In this document: positions 26,601 through 38,300 of the stretch, piece after piece
Position numbering within the stretch: the stretch's first letter is position 1
Layout: each line of letters starts with the position of its first letter
Source: Paragordius varius
Taxonomy: Eukaryota; Animalia; Nematomorpha
Direction of reading: 5' to 3'
DNA: 64,000 nt
Assembly: GCA_964247055.1 (NCBI GenBank)
Contig: OZ176052.1
Coordinates: forward strand, 11,904,001-11,968,000
The notes under the pieces: generated by a model
What the model saw: the letters and a program-made list of their open reading frames with translations, nothing else
Databases searched by the model: none
What the model was told of the DNA's origin: nothing
Made by a program: the position numbers and the translations under genes

Positions 26601-27508
26601 TTATATATGATTTCGAAAAACACTATGAAAGAAAAAATTATCGTTTAGGAAAACATATGAAAACCGTAAATGATTCAGATTTTTTTATCGAGGATAAACT
26701 TAACTTTGTTTTAAAATTTAGGAGATTTAAATATGTCTTTCCAATTTCCAATGGAATCGAAAATTAATATAATTAGTATATATATATCGGGGTCATACCA
26801 TTTAAGTCCCATGGAAAAATAAAAATATTTATTGATGTCCATTAGTTACATATTTTTTAATACCTCTCGATATTTTTTTCAGCTGAAAATGCGATCCGTG
26901 AAGCCATTAGTGTTGGGCACCCCTGGTCTAATTTGGGAGAAACTTCAAATTTTTGGGGATTTATTTTGCTAGCAATATCAATATGCAGGAGTAGCTGCCA
27001 ACGGAGAATCGAAAAAGACCGACTGTTTTCAGTGCATTCGTAAAAAAACTTACAAATCTATTTATGAATTTGAATGGGCCTACATGTTTTTCATTGTTTA
27101 ATTTGCGGACTTTTAAAATCTTGTTTTCTAACGGAATGGACGTCAACTAAGCTAATTCATGCTTCTGCCTTTATGACATTATCCAGTAAAAGGTGTATTT
27201 TAATTGAAATTTCTTTTAAAATTTATTAATGTTTTAAATGAATATTGAATTATTTTAAAATGACTATTTCTGTTCATTGACAATGAGTCCAGTATTACAG
27301 AAACATATATAAGGTATGGCGCCCATATTACCATATTAAAAGCATCTGTTTTTATTTGCGTGCATATGGCGCGCTGCAGTTTTGGGCGTGATCATCATCG
27401 GCGAAGTCCGGCGCGGTTTAAGTGATAACCTCTACTGAATAGCCCACTTACAAAACTAATGTGTGCTAATTTGCTTGATAGGCAGCAATTACCTAGGAAA
27501 ATAAATTA

Positions 27509-28603
27509 CACTAGACAACAAATTTTAACTTTTTTTAACTGCCATTCTTGTAAATTTAAAATTTATTTCATTAAAGTACATAATTAGTATATCTGAAAAG
27601 AAAAATGGTCCAGCATGCAAGAGTTTTTTTATATTAGAGTTTATCGATAATTTTTGGCCCCGATTTAACATTAAACTCGAAATTTCGAAAATTAAAAGTT
27701 TTAGATATGAAGCCATGTATTTTATATCATTCGAAAGAGCTCAAAAAACTGCATCTTTTAAATGGTAGTAAGTCATTTAAATCAATCGGATGTAAAAGTT
27801 ATTTGGATTTAAATGGTCGAAATTTTCAATCCTTAAATAATTCAAGAATTTTCACAGACAAACTAATTTGAAAATCATTTAAATTATTTTTATAATTATT
27901 AGGGTTATATTAGTATTTAATTTAAAAAAAATGTTTGAAAAAGCTTTTGGTTTGCTTTTTTAATAAAAATTATTATTATTATAAATCATAGTTATAACTG
28001 TAAATTTATTACATAATGGCTATAAAAGATCAAAAATTCCCTAAACTTTGTTTTTATCTTTAAAATTTCGAAATTATCAGCCTCGTAAAGAAAATAAATT
28101 AGTATTGATGAGATGGTAATTTTTAAAAAACAAAAAACTTAAAAATGGCTGTTTTGAGTGATATAAAAGCAATAAAAATGTTTTAATCAAAAAAATCTTT
28201 CTTGTGTTATCTTTTTTGAACATTCATCACCATCTAAACAAAGTTTGAGCTATTTTTATCCATTAGTTTTAAAAATATAATAATTAAAAAAATGCTCTCG
28301 CTTCGCGCGTTTGTCGCTCTTTGTGTTCAATATTAACTGTCGATGTAATACATATTAGTATGCATTTTATTGAGTTTTTATTACTCTTTCGAATGATATA
28401 TTACAAATGGGCATTACTTATATATTTTCAAAGAAAACATTTTTTAGTAAAATTTTGATAAAGAGGGCGCATAATCAAAAAAATTAAATTATACGAAATT
28501 CTTCCAACGAGTTATAATTTTTATTTCAGATTTACTGTTAAAATGATAATAAATATCAGAAAATGAAAAAAACTCGAGTGGCAGAAAAATTTGTTGTCCA
28601 GTG
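27509..28603 (-). mobile_element. CAC..GTG/TWA MITE, copy 2 (reverse orientation)
   Basis: TTA|CACTAGACAACAAATTTT ... AAAAATTTGTTGTCCAGTG|TTA. Reverse complement of 282-1405 with a small internal deletion. Confidence 0.9.
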
Positions 28604-29119
28604 TTATATAAATGACTTGTAAGCTTTTAAAGTAAAAGCATTATGATAATCCTGGTACACTTTGCTACCCTAAAAAATGATTAGGATATTATTTAAAAAC
28701 CTCGATTTTTTTAATGCTCATAAAACTAATTAATAATATTATAAATGTTTTAGTAAGTGATTATGTAATAAAAACTTAATATCGATTGGAAATATTTCTA
28801 TGACCTCAGATTTTTAATTTAAAAATATGTTTGACATCTTTTTTAATCATTTTTAAAAAATTAATATCTTAATTTTATAAACAAAGAAATCTTTTAATAT
28901 AAAATCTGAGGGGGTGAAATTTTTTAGCATTTTTAAAGCGTTTTTATTCTGTTTCCACCATGCTTCAAATACGTAAAAAATCGCTTCACCAAATTTTGCT
29001 AAAAATTATATTTTACAGTAAATTATCCATTTTTCGGAAAAATGTTTTTGTTATCAATATATAGGACATATTTGAAATTTTTATAGCAAAGTATCGGCAT
29101 TTTTACGCTTTAAAAATTT

Positions 29120-29770
29120 TTCCATTTTAGACGGATCTAATATTTAAAGATTTTTCAGAGCCCACATCTAAAACTAAAAATTTTATAAAAATATAGTTTT
29201 GTCTATTATATACACCGGGTCCTAAAAAAATTAAAGTGATAAAATATATATAATCTGAAATAAAAATATTCAGGATTATCATGATACTTTTGGTTTTGGC
29301 CCGTCCAAAAAATTTAAGAAAGTTATTTACACCTTTGTGGCAAGTGCTCCATATCAGAAAATGGCAAAATTCTGCTCATATTTTTAAAATATTTTTTTTG
29401 GTGAAAAATTAATTACATTCGAAAGAATATCAATAATCATAAAGTACATATAAAAAGCATATATTTTTAAAAAAATTTAATTTTAAATCAAGGTTCGAAT
29501 CTCAATTTTTTTCGCTCTTCTGAAATGGGCTAGTTCTCTTAATATAAAAGCAAAAATGCTGATATTGCGCTAATTATTTAATTATATGCTAAGGTATTGA
29601 TGTCAACTTAAAATATTAAAATGCATATTTATTTCAAAAATTAAGTTTTTAGGAAAATTTTGTTGAAGCTTGCTTCAAACTGTTATGAGGCATGATGAAA
29701 ACGATGTAAAAACGCTTAAGATCTTATAAAAAACCTTATCTATTCGATGAGCTAAACATTTCTATCCCTC
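29120..29770. repeat. Old interspersed repeat, diverged copy of about 10740-11340
   Basis: Same colinear blocks as 10740-11340. Boundaries approximate. Confidence 0.55.
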
Positions 29771-30129
29771 AGAAATTTGATTAAAATATTCACTCGTCTA
29801 ACAACTTAAGTTAAATATATGTTGTTTTTTTGACAAAAAACTGCCAAAATTTGAAAAATAAACCTTTAAAAGCGATAATATTTAGCATATATGGAAAAGG
29901 CATTTTCATATTTTATAAAACGTTTTTTATACCGTTATCATGCTTTAAAATAGTATAAAGTACGCTCAAAATTTGGTCAAAATTAAATTTTTTGTTATTA
30001 AAATTTAGCATACATTTGTAATCTTTATCGCGCAATCTCGTTTTGTAGCCCATTTTAGGAGAAAAAAAGTTTTTGGAGAAAATGGATAAGCCCACTCCGA
30101 TACCAAAGTAAAAATTATGACGAAGCACT

Positions 30130-31330
30130 TTTTTGAACTAGGCCTTCGATCCTGCACCACCATGTGTAAAATCGATTTTTTTGTTAAAATGGAAGTCCTT
30201 AAAATTTTAAGTTGACGTTTCCGAACAACGTTTGGACCAATCCAGTTTCAATAGTGTACTTTTTATAATGTTTACAAATTCACCGAGGTTAATTAAGTTT
30301 TTTTTAATTATCCACTCAGTTTAGCCCCTGACTTATAAGAAAATGGGGTTTTATCCTAGGTTTTGATACAGGATTCTAAAAACGTTGCAGTCAGTTTCAG
30401 TGGACTTTTTTATTGTTTGACAATTGAGCCAAAGATTGGGCTTTTTTAAAATTGGCCCCTTAATTAGCCTCGCTTAGTGTGAAAATAGAGGCGTTAAATT
30501 AATATTGACGTTGAAAAAATTTTGTGGAAATCGTGTGAGTCCATATAAATTCATAAGTTTTATTTATTTATAAATGTGCCGAGGATCACTAAGCCACTTT
30601 TTACAATTTACCTTACAGTCCAGACTCATCCGTATAAAGGGGTCTCAACAAAGTACCATCCCGAAAAACATCTAGCGCAGTCAGTTTCAATAATATATTT
30701 TTCAAATCGTTTTACATCGCGGACAGTGCCTAAGCCCTTTTTTTTGAATTAGCTTCTCAGTTCCGCTCCGCCCATGTAAAAATAGTTTTTTGAACAATTT
30801 TTAGCTTTGTAACAAGATACCAGAAAACGTGTGAACACATACAGTTATATACTTTTTAATTATTTTCCAATTGCGCCGAAAATGACTAAGCCCTTTCTTA
30901 TATTGGCCCCCCAATTTAGCCGCACTTAGTGTGAATAAGTGGTTCAAATTAATATTGACATTGAAGCAATATTGCGGAAATCGTGAAGACCCATGTATTA
31001 TAATAATTTATTATTTGTGAGTGTGCGTGACTAAGCCATTTTATAAATTGGTTCCGCTGTCCAGCCCCCCTCGCCCCTAAAAATATTTTTTTTAAAAATA
31101 TTGGCTTTGGAGCACGTCCCCAAAATGTGTAGGTGCAGTCAGTTTCAATAATGATTTTTTAAAATTGTTTTTCAATTCGTGGACAGTGTATAAGCCCCCT
31201 TTTTAACAGCCTCAGTCCTCCCCGTGTGAAGGTGGCTTTTTTAAGCAATGGTTGGCTTTGACACACGATTCTAAAAAAATGTGGCAGTTGTAATTAGTTT
31301 CTTTATTGTTGAAGTATAGCACAAAAAATG
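30130..31330 (-). repeat. Element with about 8 degenerate tandem units of about 150 bp and a trimeric (about 450 bp) higher-order pattern; homologous in reverse to the 12.3-13.8 kb array
   Basis: CAGTCAGTTTCAAT and CTAAGCC motifs recur every 145-160 bp. Block 30452-30546 repeats at 30902-30996. CCCCTTAATTAGCCTC (30456-30471) is the exact reverse complement of 12964-12979. Confidence 0.75.
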
Positions 31331-33530
31331 ATTAATCTACCTCAATTCAGCCCCTTTTCACATAAATTTTTGTTAAAACAATTTGCAGGCAACTCAATGA
31401 GTAATCTATTTTTTTTATATTTTCTTATCCTTTCATGTTTAACTAGGAAATATAGGACCAATTTTAATATACATTTTCCCTTCTTACAATATTCACGAAA
31501 CTCTCAACAGTAAGGGCATCCTGGCTGATACAAAGGTGTCGTTTGATTTGCCTTCTCTAAATCTGCCTGGTAAACCTGAAACGCCAAAAAAGTTAAATTA
31601 ATATTGAATTTTTTAAATATACAGTAAAAGAGTAATACTTCTGCGTTAAAATGGGTTATTTTTGCAGCCGCTTGAAACCCATCTAAAATACTTTTGATTT
31701 ATAGTTAAATGAATGCCCCATGTACAGAGTGCAGTTTAAGAGGCTCATTGAATAACGATGTAACTCGAAAATTAATATTTTATAAAAAAAACGGTACCTA
31801 ATTCATTTCATTAAATACATCTTAAGCCTATAAACACATGATATTAAGTCATGTTATATTTGGAGTTGGGTGTTGGTTAAACTTATTATTGTTTTTTGTT
31901 AAATCATATATTTAAAACTATCATTTATCAACTCAATAATTAACAACCCTTCTCTCTATCATGCCATACTATGCACGGTGTTTTTATCCTTTTATGTAAT
32001 AACACCAATTATAAGTTAAAAAATAATTATAGTAATAAATATAATATTTACAAAAAATATCCAATTATAAAAGAATTAATGAAGAAAAAGATTTATACGG
32101 GTTTTCCCTAATACTTATGTAGCTTAATATTCATTGATTTACCAATCGTACGGAGGAATGTACTTCGTGCTGTTGTCATTGTCCGAAAATGATTTTATAG
32201 AGCCAATAACGCATGCAAAGATTAATGAATATTTAAATTTAATACATTCTTGGAAGTGAAGTACTTATTTATTTTTGGATTAAATTTATAAAAATCCGAT
32301 ATTTATAAGGTAGGCAAATATCTTTTATATCTCGATAGTGTTATATATCATATGTCAAATTCAGCCATTTAAAAAAAATAATAATACATTTTTATAACTT
32401 CCATGTTAGTATCTCAAAGTACAAACTTTGCAAACGATTTTAACAAGTATACTTTGTCCGATTGTAGTGTCTAACAAATGTATATAGCACACATGATGCT
32501 AACCATTTAAGACCAAATTTTTATTTGTTTGGTACCATATTCTATCCTATAAAAAAATTGATTTACTTTAAAAAGCTTTCAAGGCTATATACCAGAAACT
32601 TGATATATTATAATTTTAATATCAGTTGTTCATTTCAATTGTGTTTTGGAGCTGTCCCAATTTTAACGCTCTAAAAAATATAAGCTATGACTTATACACG
32701 AGAATAAAGTTTGATGATTTAATTTTAACTAAAATAACTTTCAATACAGTTAATTTACAGATTTAGTTCAAGTGGACAAAAAAGTGAAAAGGTCATGAAG
32801 TGTTAAATTTTAATTTCAAAGCATCTTTGCTGTCAAATCATCTTAATTTATTATTACAAATACTTTATTACCTTATTGGGTAGTTTAATATCCCAGAGCT
32901 ATTTAAAATTAGAATATCTTAATTTAACGTAACAAGCGGAATTTATAAATATATCTTCCATGGCTATTTAAGCGCATTATACAAAAGTTATAAAAAAATG
33001 TTGATAAACCTCATATCAACTTTTTCCCGCCATATTTTTTAAATTATCTAGTGCAATAGGTAAATAAATGTATACTATGATAGAAAGTAAATTAACTTTA
33101 AAAAGCTTTTAGCTACATTTTACAAGCAAAAATTGATCTATTTAGATTATAATATTAGATGTTTGTCCCACTCATGTTTTAGAGCTGTCTCAATTTTAGA
33201 CCTAGAAATCAAAAAGCTAATATCAGCTTTTCCTAACTTATAGAACAGCGTATGATAATTTTTTTAACTAAAATAACTTTCAAAACTGTAATTTATTTAA
33301 GATATTGGGCTCTCGGATTTAGAATTATTCCAATCTGTCTAAGTCATAAAATCAAAAATTTTATTAAGTGGTAATAAAGAAAATCAGAAGTAAAAATAAT
33401 AATTATATTGGTATTTTTTTTTAAAAATACATAGTGTGGGATCCACCCTACATAGCCATGATGTTGTCAATTTTTATAATAGCACATTATCATATGATAT
33501 TTGTATCAACCCTAAAACGTGGTCCAAAAA

Positions 33531-34360
33531 ATGCTAGTTAATTTTTTTGATCCGCTTTTCATTAAGTCCGTTATATTCATAATATTATCTCCTTTGTATT
33601 GGAATATAGTAAATTTTTAATTTCTAATGTTTAGATTGGACGTGTTGAATACAACACTAAATTTTTATCAAAATTTATTGGAAATTCATTAAATGCCGTT
33701 TATTTATTTGGTATATCCATTTTTATTTTGTCTGGATACAGAAATTACATGTATATTCGTATATATTTTTTAGATTTAAATTAGCCATTAAAGCTCAACG
33801 ACAATCTCATTTACTTGATAATCAAATTATTCATGCTATTGGATGGATATTTATTTTGGCTGGATTAATTTTGGTCTTAGGAAGTTTTTATCATTTAGGG
33901 TTCGTTAATACTTTTTTAGGTATACATATAAATATTAATTACAGGTGATTATTTTGGTTTTTTATTGGATCACAAAATCGTTTCTTTTCCATTTTCTTTT
34001 GTGGATAATCCCATGTATTGGGGTTCCTTTTTAAATTTTTTGGGAACAGCTCTTATTCATAATAGCGTTGCTGGTATTATTTTATCCTTATGGGTGTGGA
34101 TTGTATATAGGATAGCGATTATATACGAAGAGTAATTACTATTATTCTTATTTTAACATTGACCTAATTTTAATAACTATAATAACATGGAAAATATACT
34201 ATACCTATTTATATTTGATAGGCCTTTTACGGAATACATCTATAATCAAAGAAATAAATTAGGAAATGGTAAGAATGGTAAAAAATATAAAAATCTTCAA
34301 AACGGTTTTAGTACCCACTCTAGTCGTCCCAAATCTACCATGCAGTCAAAAAATGAATAA
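33531..34360 (+). CDS. PEMT: Phosphatidylethanolamine N-methyltransferase, 221 aa, 5 exons
   Basis: Exons 33531-33608, 33635-33750, 33774-33919, 33945-34131, 34222-34360 (666 nt). Motifs SPLYWNI-IGRVEY, LGSFYHLGFVNTFLGDYFG, FPFSFVDNPMYWGS and IYEEPFTEYIY. Introns of 26, 23, 25 and 90 nt. Confidence 0.93.
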
Positions 34361-34660
34361 TTTTTAAATTTTATTTTTATCATTAAATAATGCACACGAC
34401 ATTTTCCTGCCAATTTCATTTTAATATGCTTTTTTTTACTATCCGGTGTCCATTGCAATATAAATTATGCAATCATGTTTATTCCATTTAATGGCACATT
34501 TAATTAATAAATATCTGATTTGATTATTCCTACTTATTACATATGAAATTATAACAAACCATTCGTTTAGTTGAGTTCCAGAAATTTGGGATGAAACTTT
34601 AAATATCTAAAAAACTAACGATTACGATTCATATCCTTTTTTAACCCTTTATCTGAAATA

Positions 34661-35121
34661 TACCATTTACAATTAAAATTCACCCTAAAATAAATTTTGT
34701 GCTTTTTAAGATTAAAATTAAAATAATATTGAAAGAATAATAAACTAAGCCATAAAGATACTTGATGGCTTTTTGTCTTCATATATGAAGGTGTCCACTT
34801 ACAATCTTATTCCAAAGATCCTTATCTAGACATTTGGTAAATCGAGGTTTAGTATTTTTATGTCATTTTTAATGTTGTCGTTCCAGGAATGTGTTGGGCG
34901 CCCTTTGCGGTTGTTTCCGAAGGGTTGTATGTGCTTAATAGTTTGGAGTCGATGGTCGGGTTGTCTTCTTTCAATGTGACCCAAGTATTTGAGCCTGCTT
35001 CTTTGTATAAACTTTTCTAGATATCTTTCATATTTATGAGTATATTAGCCCGAAAACACATATAATTTATTTTAAGGAGGAATTTAAATTGTTTAAGGGT
35101 GAGTTTGAATTGTAAATGGTA
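34661..35121. mobile_element. MITE with TACCATTTAC termini and 21-bp subterminal repeats, carrying a LINE fragment
   Basis: TACCATTTACAATT ... AATTGTAAATGGTA. Same family as the uninterrupted copy at 37057-37352. Confidence 0.8.
34760..35018 (-). pseudogene. 5'-truncated RTE-type LINE 3' end inserted in the MITE
   Basis: Translates as FIQRSRLKYLGHIERRQPDHRLQTIKHIQPFGNNRKGRPTHSWNDNIKNDI, colinear with FIQRNRLRYYGHIQR...PNRKGRPKLTW of the LINE at 60976. Absent from the empty MITE copy at 37057. Confidence 0.8.
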
Positions 35122-35369
35122 TATTTAATTTATATCTATTTATTTTTAAAATTTTAAATTCTTAAAAACATTTTTTATCGAATGTAATTTAAAAATTGAG
35201 GACAGAAACTAAAACAATAACATTTAACTTAAACGGTGTTGGATTAATAGAAATGCGTGAACAAAAAACATTTATTTAGCTTTGCTATAAAAATGAGTGC
35301 ATATTGTACAAAATTTGGCAGTAGGGAAAAATATTAAGGGTGCTATGCTGTGTTGTATCCATCTATCAT

Positions 35370-38300
35370 TTACAAAAAGAATAACATTTTATGATGTTGT
35401 TTTCCATTGTAATTAATTATAATTTGGGGCCGAACTCCGATAATGTATTGCTCAATTTTACAGCTATTTTTCCCACGGATGATGCGAAAATACCCGTTCT
35501 CACCCCACTCTTCTCCCCATGAGTTTGCCACCAACTTTAAATAATGTAAAATATTTTGTGATTTAGATTTTGATTTTAATAGAGTATGGATATCACGACA
35601 ATTTTTTGAAATAGTATGGTAGTCATTAGTTCGAAAATACGCAGAAGGTATATTTTGATTTATAAATAATACTTTATTAAGATAAGGTATGTAAATAATA
35701 GTTTAAGTTATAGAGAGCCGTAACTAGGGTTGTGCATTTGACTGCTTTTTCAAAAAGTCCGATCAGACCCAGTCAGACCATTAAATTAGCTTTATTTTTT
35801 AAAAATTATATTAAAAAACATTAAAATTTTATTATCTCTATTCCAAAAAAAATTTACCAGCAATTTTTCCAAAAACAGCTGTTTTTTTAAATGACCATGG
35901 TCAAAAAAATAAATAGTCACTGACCTGGTCTTGACCCGGTCAATTGACCGGTGACTTGGTCAGCACAACCCTAGCCGTAACATAAATAGAGATATTCAAT
36001 TATTTTTATATGGTCACCATATTTTAACCTTTAGGATTAAAATTTAATCTTATAACCCAAGGCCTTATTTTTTAGATCATACCTATAATATGATTAGGTT
36101 TTTCCTCTAAATCCTAAAAATCTTTTACTTAAAATGGTGTTCTTTTTAAAAATTTGGACGTTTATACTTATTTACCGCTATCATTCTTCCCGTACAAATT
36201 TATCTAGAAATACATATAAAAATATTAGTATTAAAATTATTTGCCCAAAATTTATATTCTGAAACTACATTAAAAATAGATAAGTTTTTTGAGCACAGAA
36301 ATTATTAGGTATAAAGTTTGCGCTTCAAACCTTTAACACTTCAAGTCGGTCCTTGAACATTCCTAGAGTCTTCTTAAAGCAAGTTGATCCATGAACACTA
36401 GTCTTCTTGAACATTTCAAGTTGACCCTTAAACTTTTACATTTTGCGCATAACCATAATTTTTGCGTGTATTTTTTTATTTGTATCATTTTTAACCTAAT
36501 CTTTATACATTATATATTTTCATTTGAAATACACATTTTTCCAGTTTACAACAACTTTTAAGTTTTGATTGTCCAACAAAATATTAAACTTATTTATGTT
36601 TTTTAAAAATTCAAAAATAATTTTTCAAAAAACAATTGATCTTGTATAAAAAAAAGTTGATGTTGATCTAAAATTTTGAGTTAAATAAGGTAATATGTGT
36701 GATACCTAGTTTGATTTATAAAAGTTATAGGCAAAATCTTTATGGACCAACTTGAAGAGTAGGACACTCTTGAATTAAAAATATTAAAGCCGATTTGGGA
36801 CATGAACGTTATAACAATGATTGTTAGAACGGTATTAATTTTTTAAACAAAATACGAAAAAGTACTTCTATTAAAAACAATGGTTAAAATTTAAATATAA
36901 ATTCCATAATTATTACGGTTTATGCGAATGAATACAAATTGTTCGAGTTTTGATAATGTTCATATACAGTATTAGAAAAGTAATTTCAGTGCCCTTGTAT
37001 GTATATAAAAATTGATAATGACCAACTATTGTATGCAAATTATATTTTATAATATCTACCATTTACACTACAAATTCACCCTTAAACAATTCGAATTCAC
37101 CCTAACATTTATTATGTGTTTTTTAAAATTAAAATTTACTTATATTTTTCTATATTTTTAAAAAATGAGATTTTGTTTAAAATTAAGAAAATATAATAAA
37201 TAAGCCATAAAGATATATTTCATATAAATAATAAATTATTTAGCTCGAAAACACATAATTTATTTTTAGGGTGAAAATTGTTCAAGAGGGAATTGGAATT
37301 TTTCGATGGTGAATTTGAATTGTTCAAGGGTGAATTACAATTGTAAATGGTATATTTGGTGTAAATTTGTTCAAACCTATTATTTCAGGTCATAAGCTTG
37401 ACACTAATAAATTGAGAACATATAATATATTTTAATAAATTACCCAATATTTGATTCCGTTTTCGGTTCCCCATCTAAATCAATAAATTACAAATAAAAT
37501 AGAAAGGCATCATTTAAAATTAAATGATTAATATTAAAAATTATTTACCCGATGATGCGCACAGCGTGATAAAATGGTTCATTCGGTTTGATGACCATCT
37601 TTAAGGGTGCTTTTCTACAATCAAATATACCGCTAAGGTACATGAAGAAGTCCCTTGGAACTTTCATTAATGCTAATTAAATATAATTTAAATTAAACCA
37701 ATTTAATACATTTCGTTAAATTTCATTCATTGTTCATCAGAAATAAAAAAATGAAATAAAAATTTTGCCGGCTCCGAGTTTTACGCTCCTTATTAAGGAT
37801 TAAGTAAGGTGATGAATACGTTTATTTTTTAAAAGAGTGGCTCAAATTAAAAAGAATTGGATTAATGATATGCATATTTGATTGAAAACATTTCGAATTG
37901 GATTATAGTTATGAGCTCCAATCATATTAAATAAAGCGCAAATATGGGAATCTATTTGTTTCTTAAATAGTATAATATTTTATTTATATTTATCATTAAT
38001 ATCTACATTACTCAATCCCTTTTTGATATGCATAAATTTAGCCGATCACAATTACCGCAATTCCGAAACTCAAAAAATTAAGCACCCCTGTAAAAAATGG
38101 TTTCGGATTGAAAGGTCTATGATGTGTCATAGCTTTGTCGTTTCTTTTAGAATCATATATCCAAGGCATAACACGCGCCATAAAGATTACGTTTTAAGAA
38201 ACTTCTGTATTACCCCAAAAAGAATAATAATACAATCAAATATTTTAGTAATTAATACCCAGTACTGGACCATGGGTAAATATTTCATTTTGTATGTCCA

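Noticed and set aside
27350-27430. GC-rich patch as a possible ribozyme or ncRNA
   Set aside because: No convincing nested pairing or known motif was found by eye.
29488-29503. GGTTCGAATC B-box-like motif suggesting a tRNA
   Set aside because: No A-box or stems; it lies within an old interspersed repeat.
33531-34360. PEMT as a frameshifted pseudogene
   Set aside because: Each apparent frameshift is an AT-rich GT...AG segment whose removal restores conserved motifs exactly.
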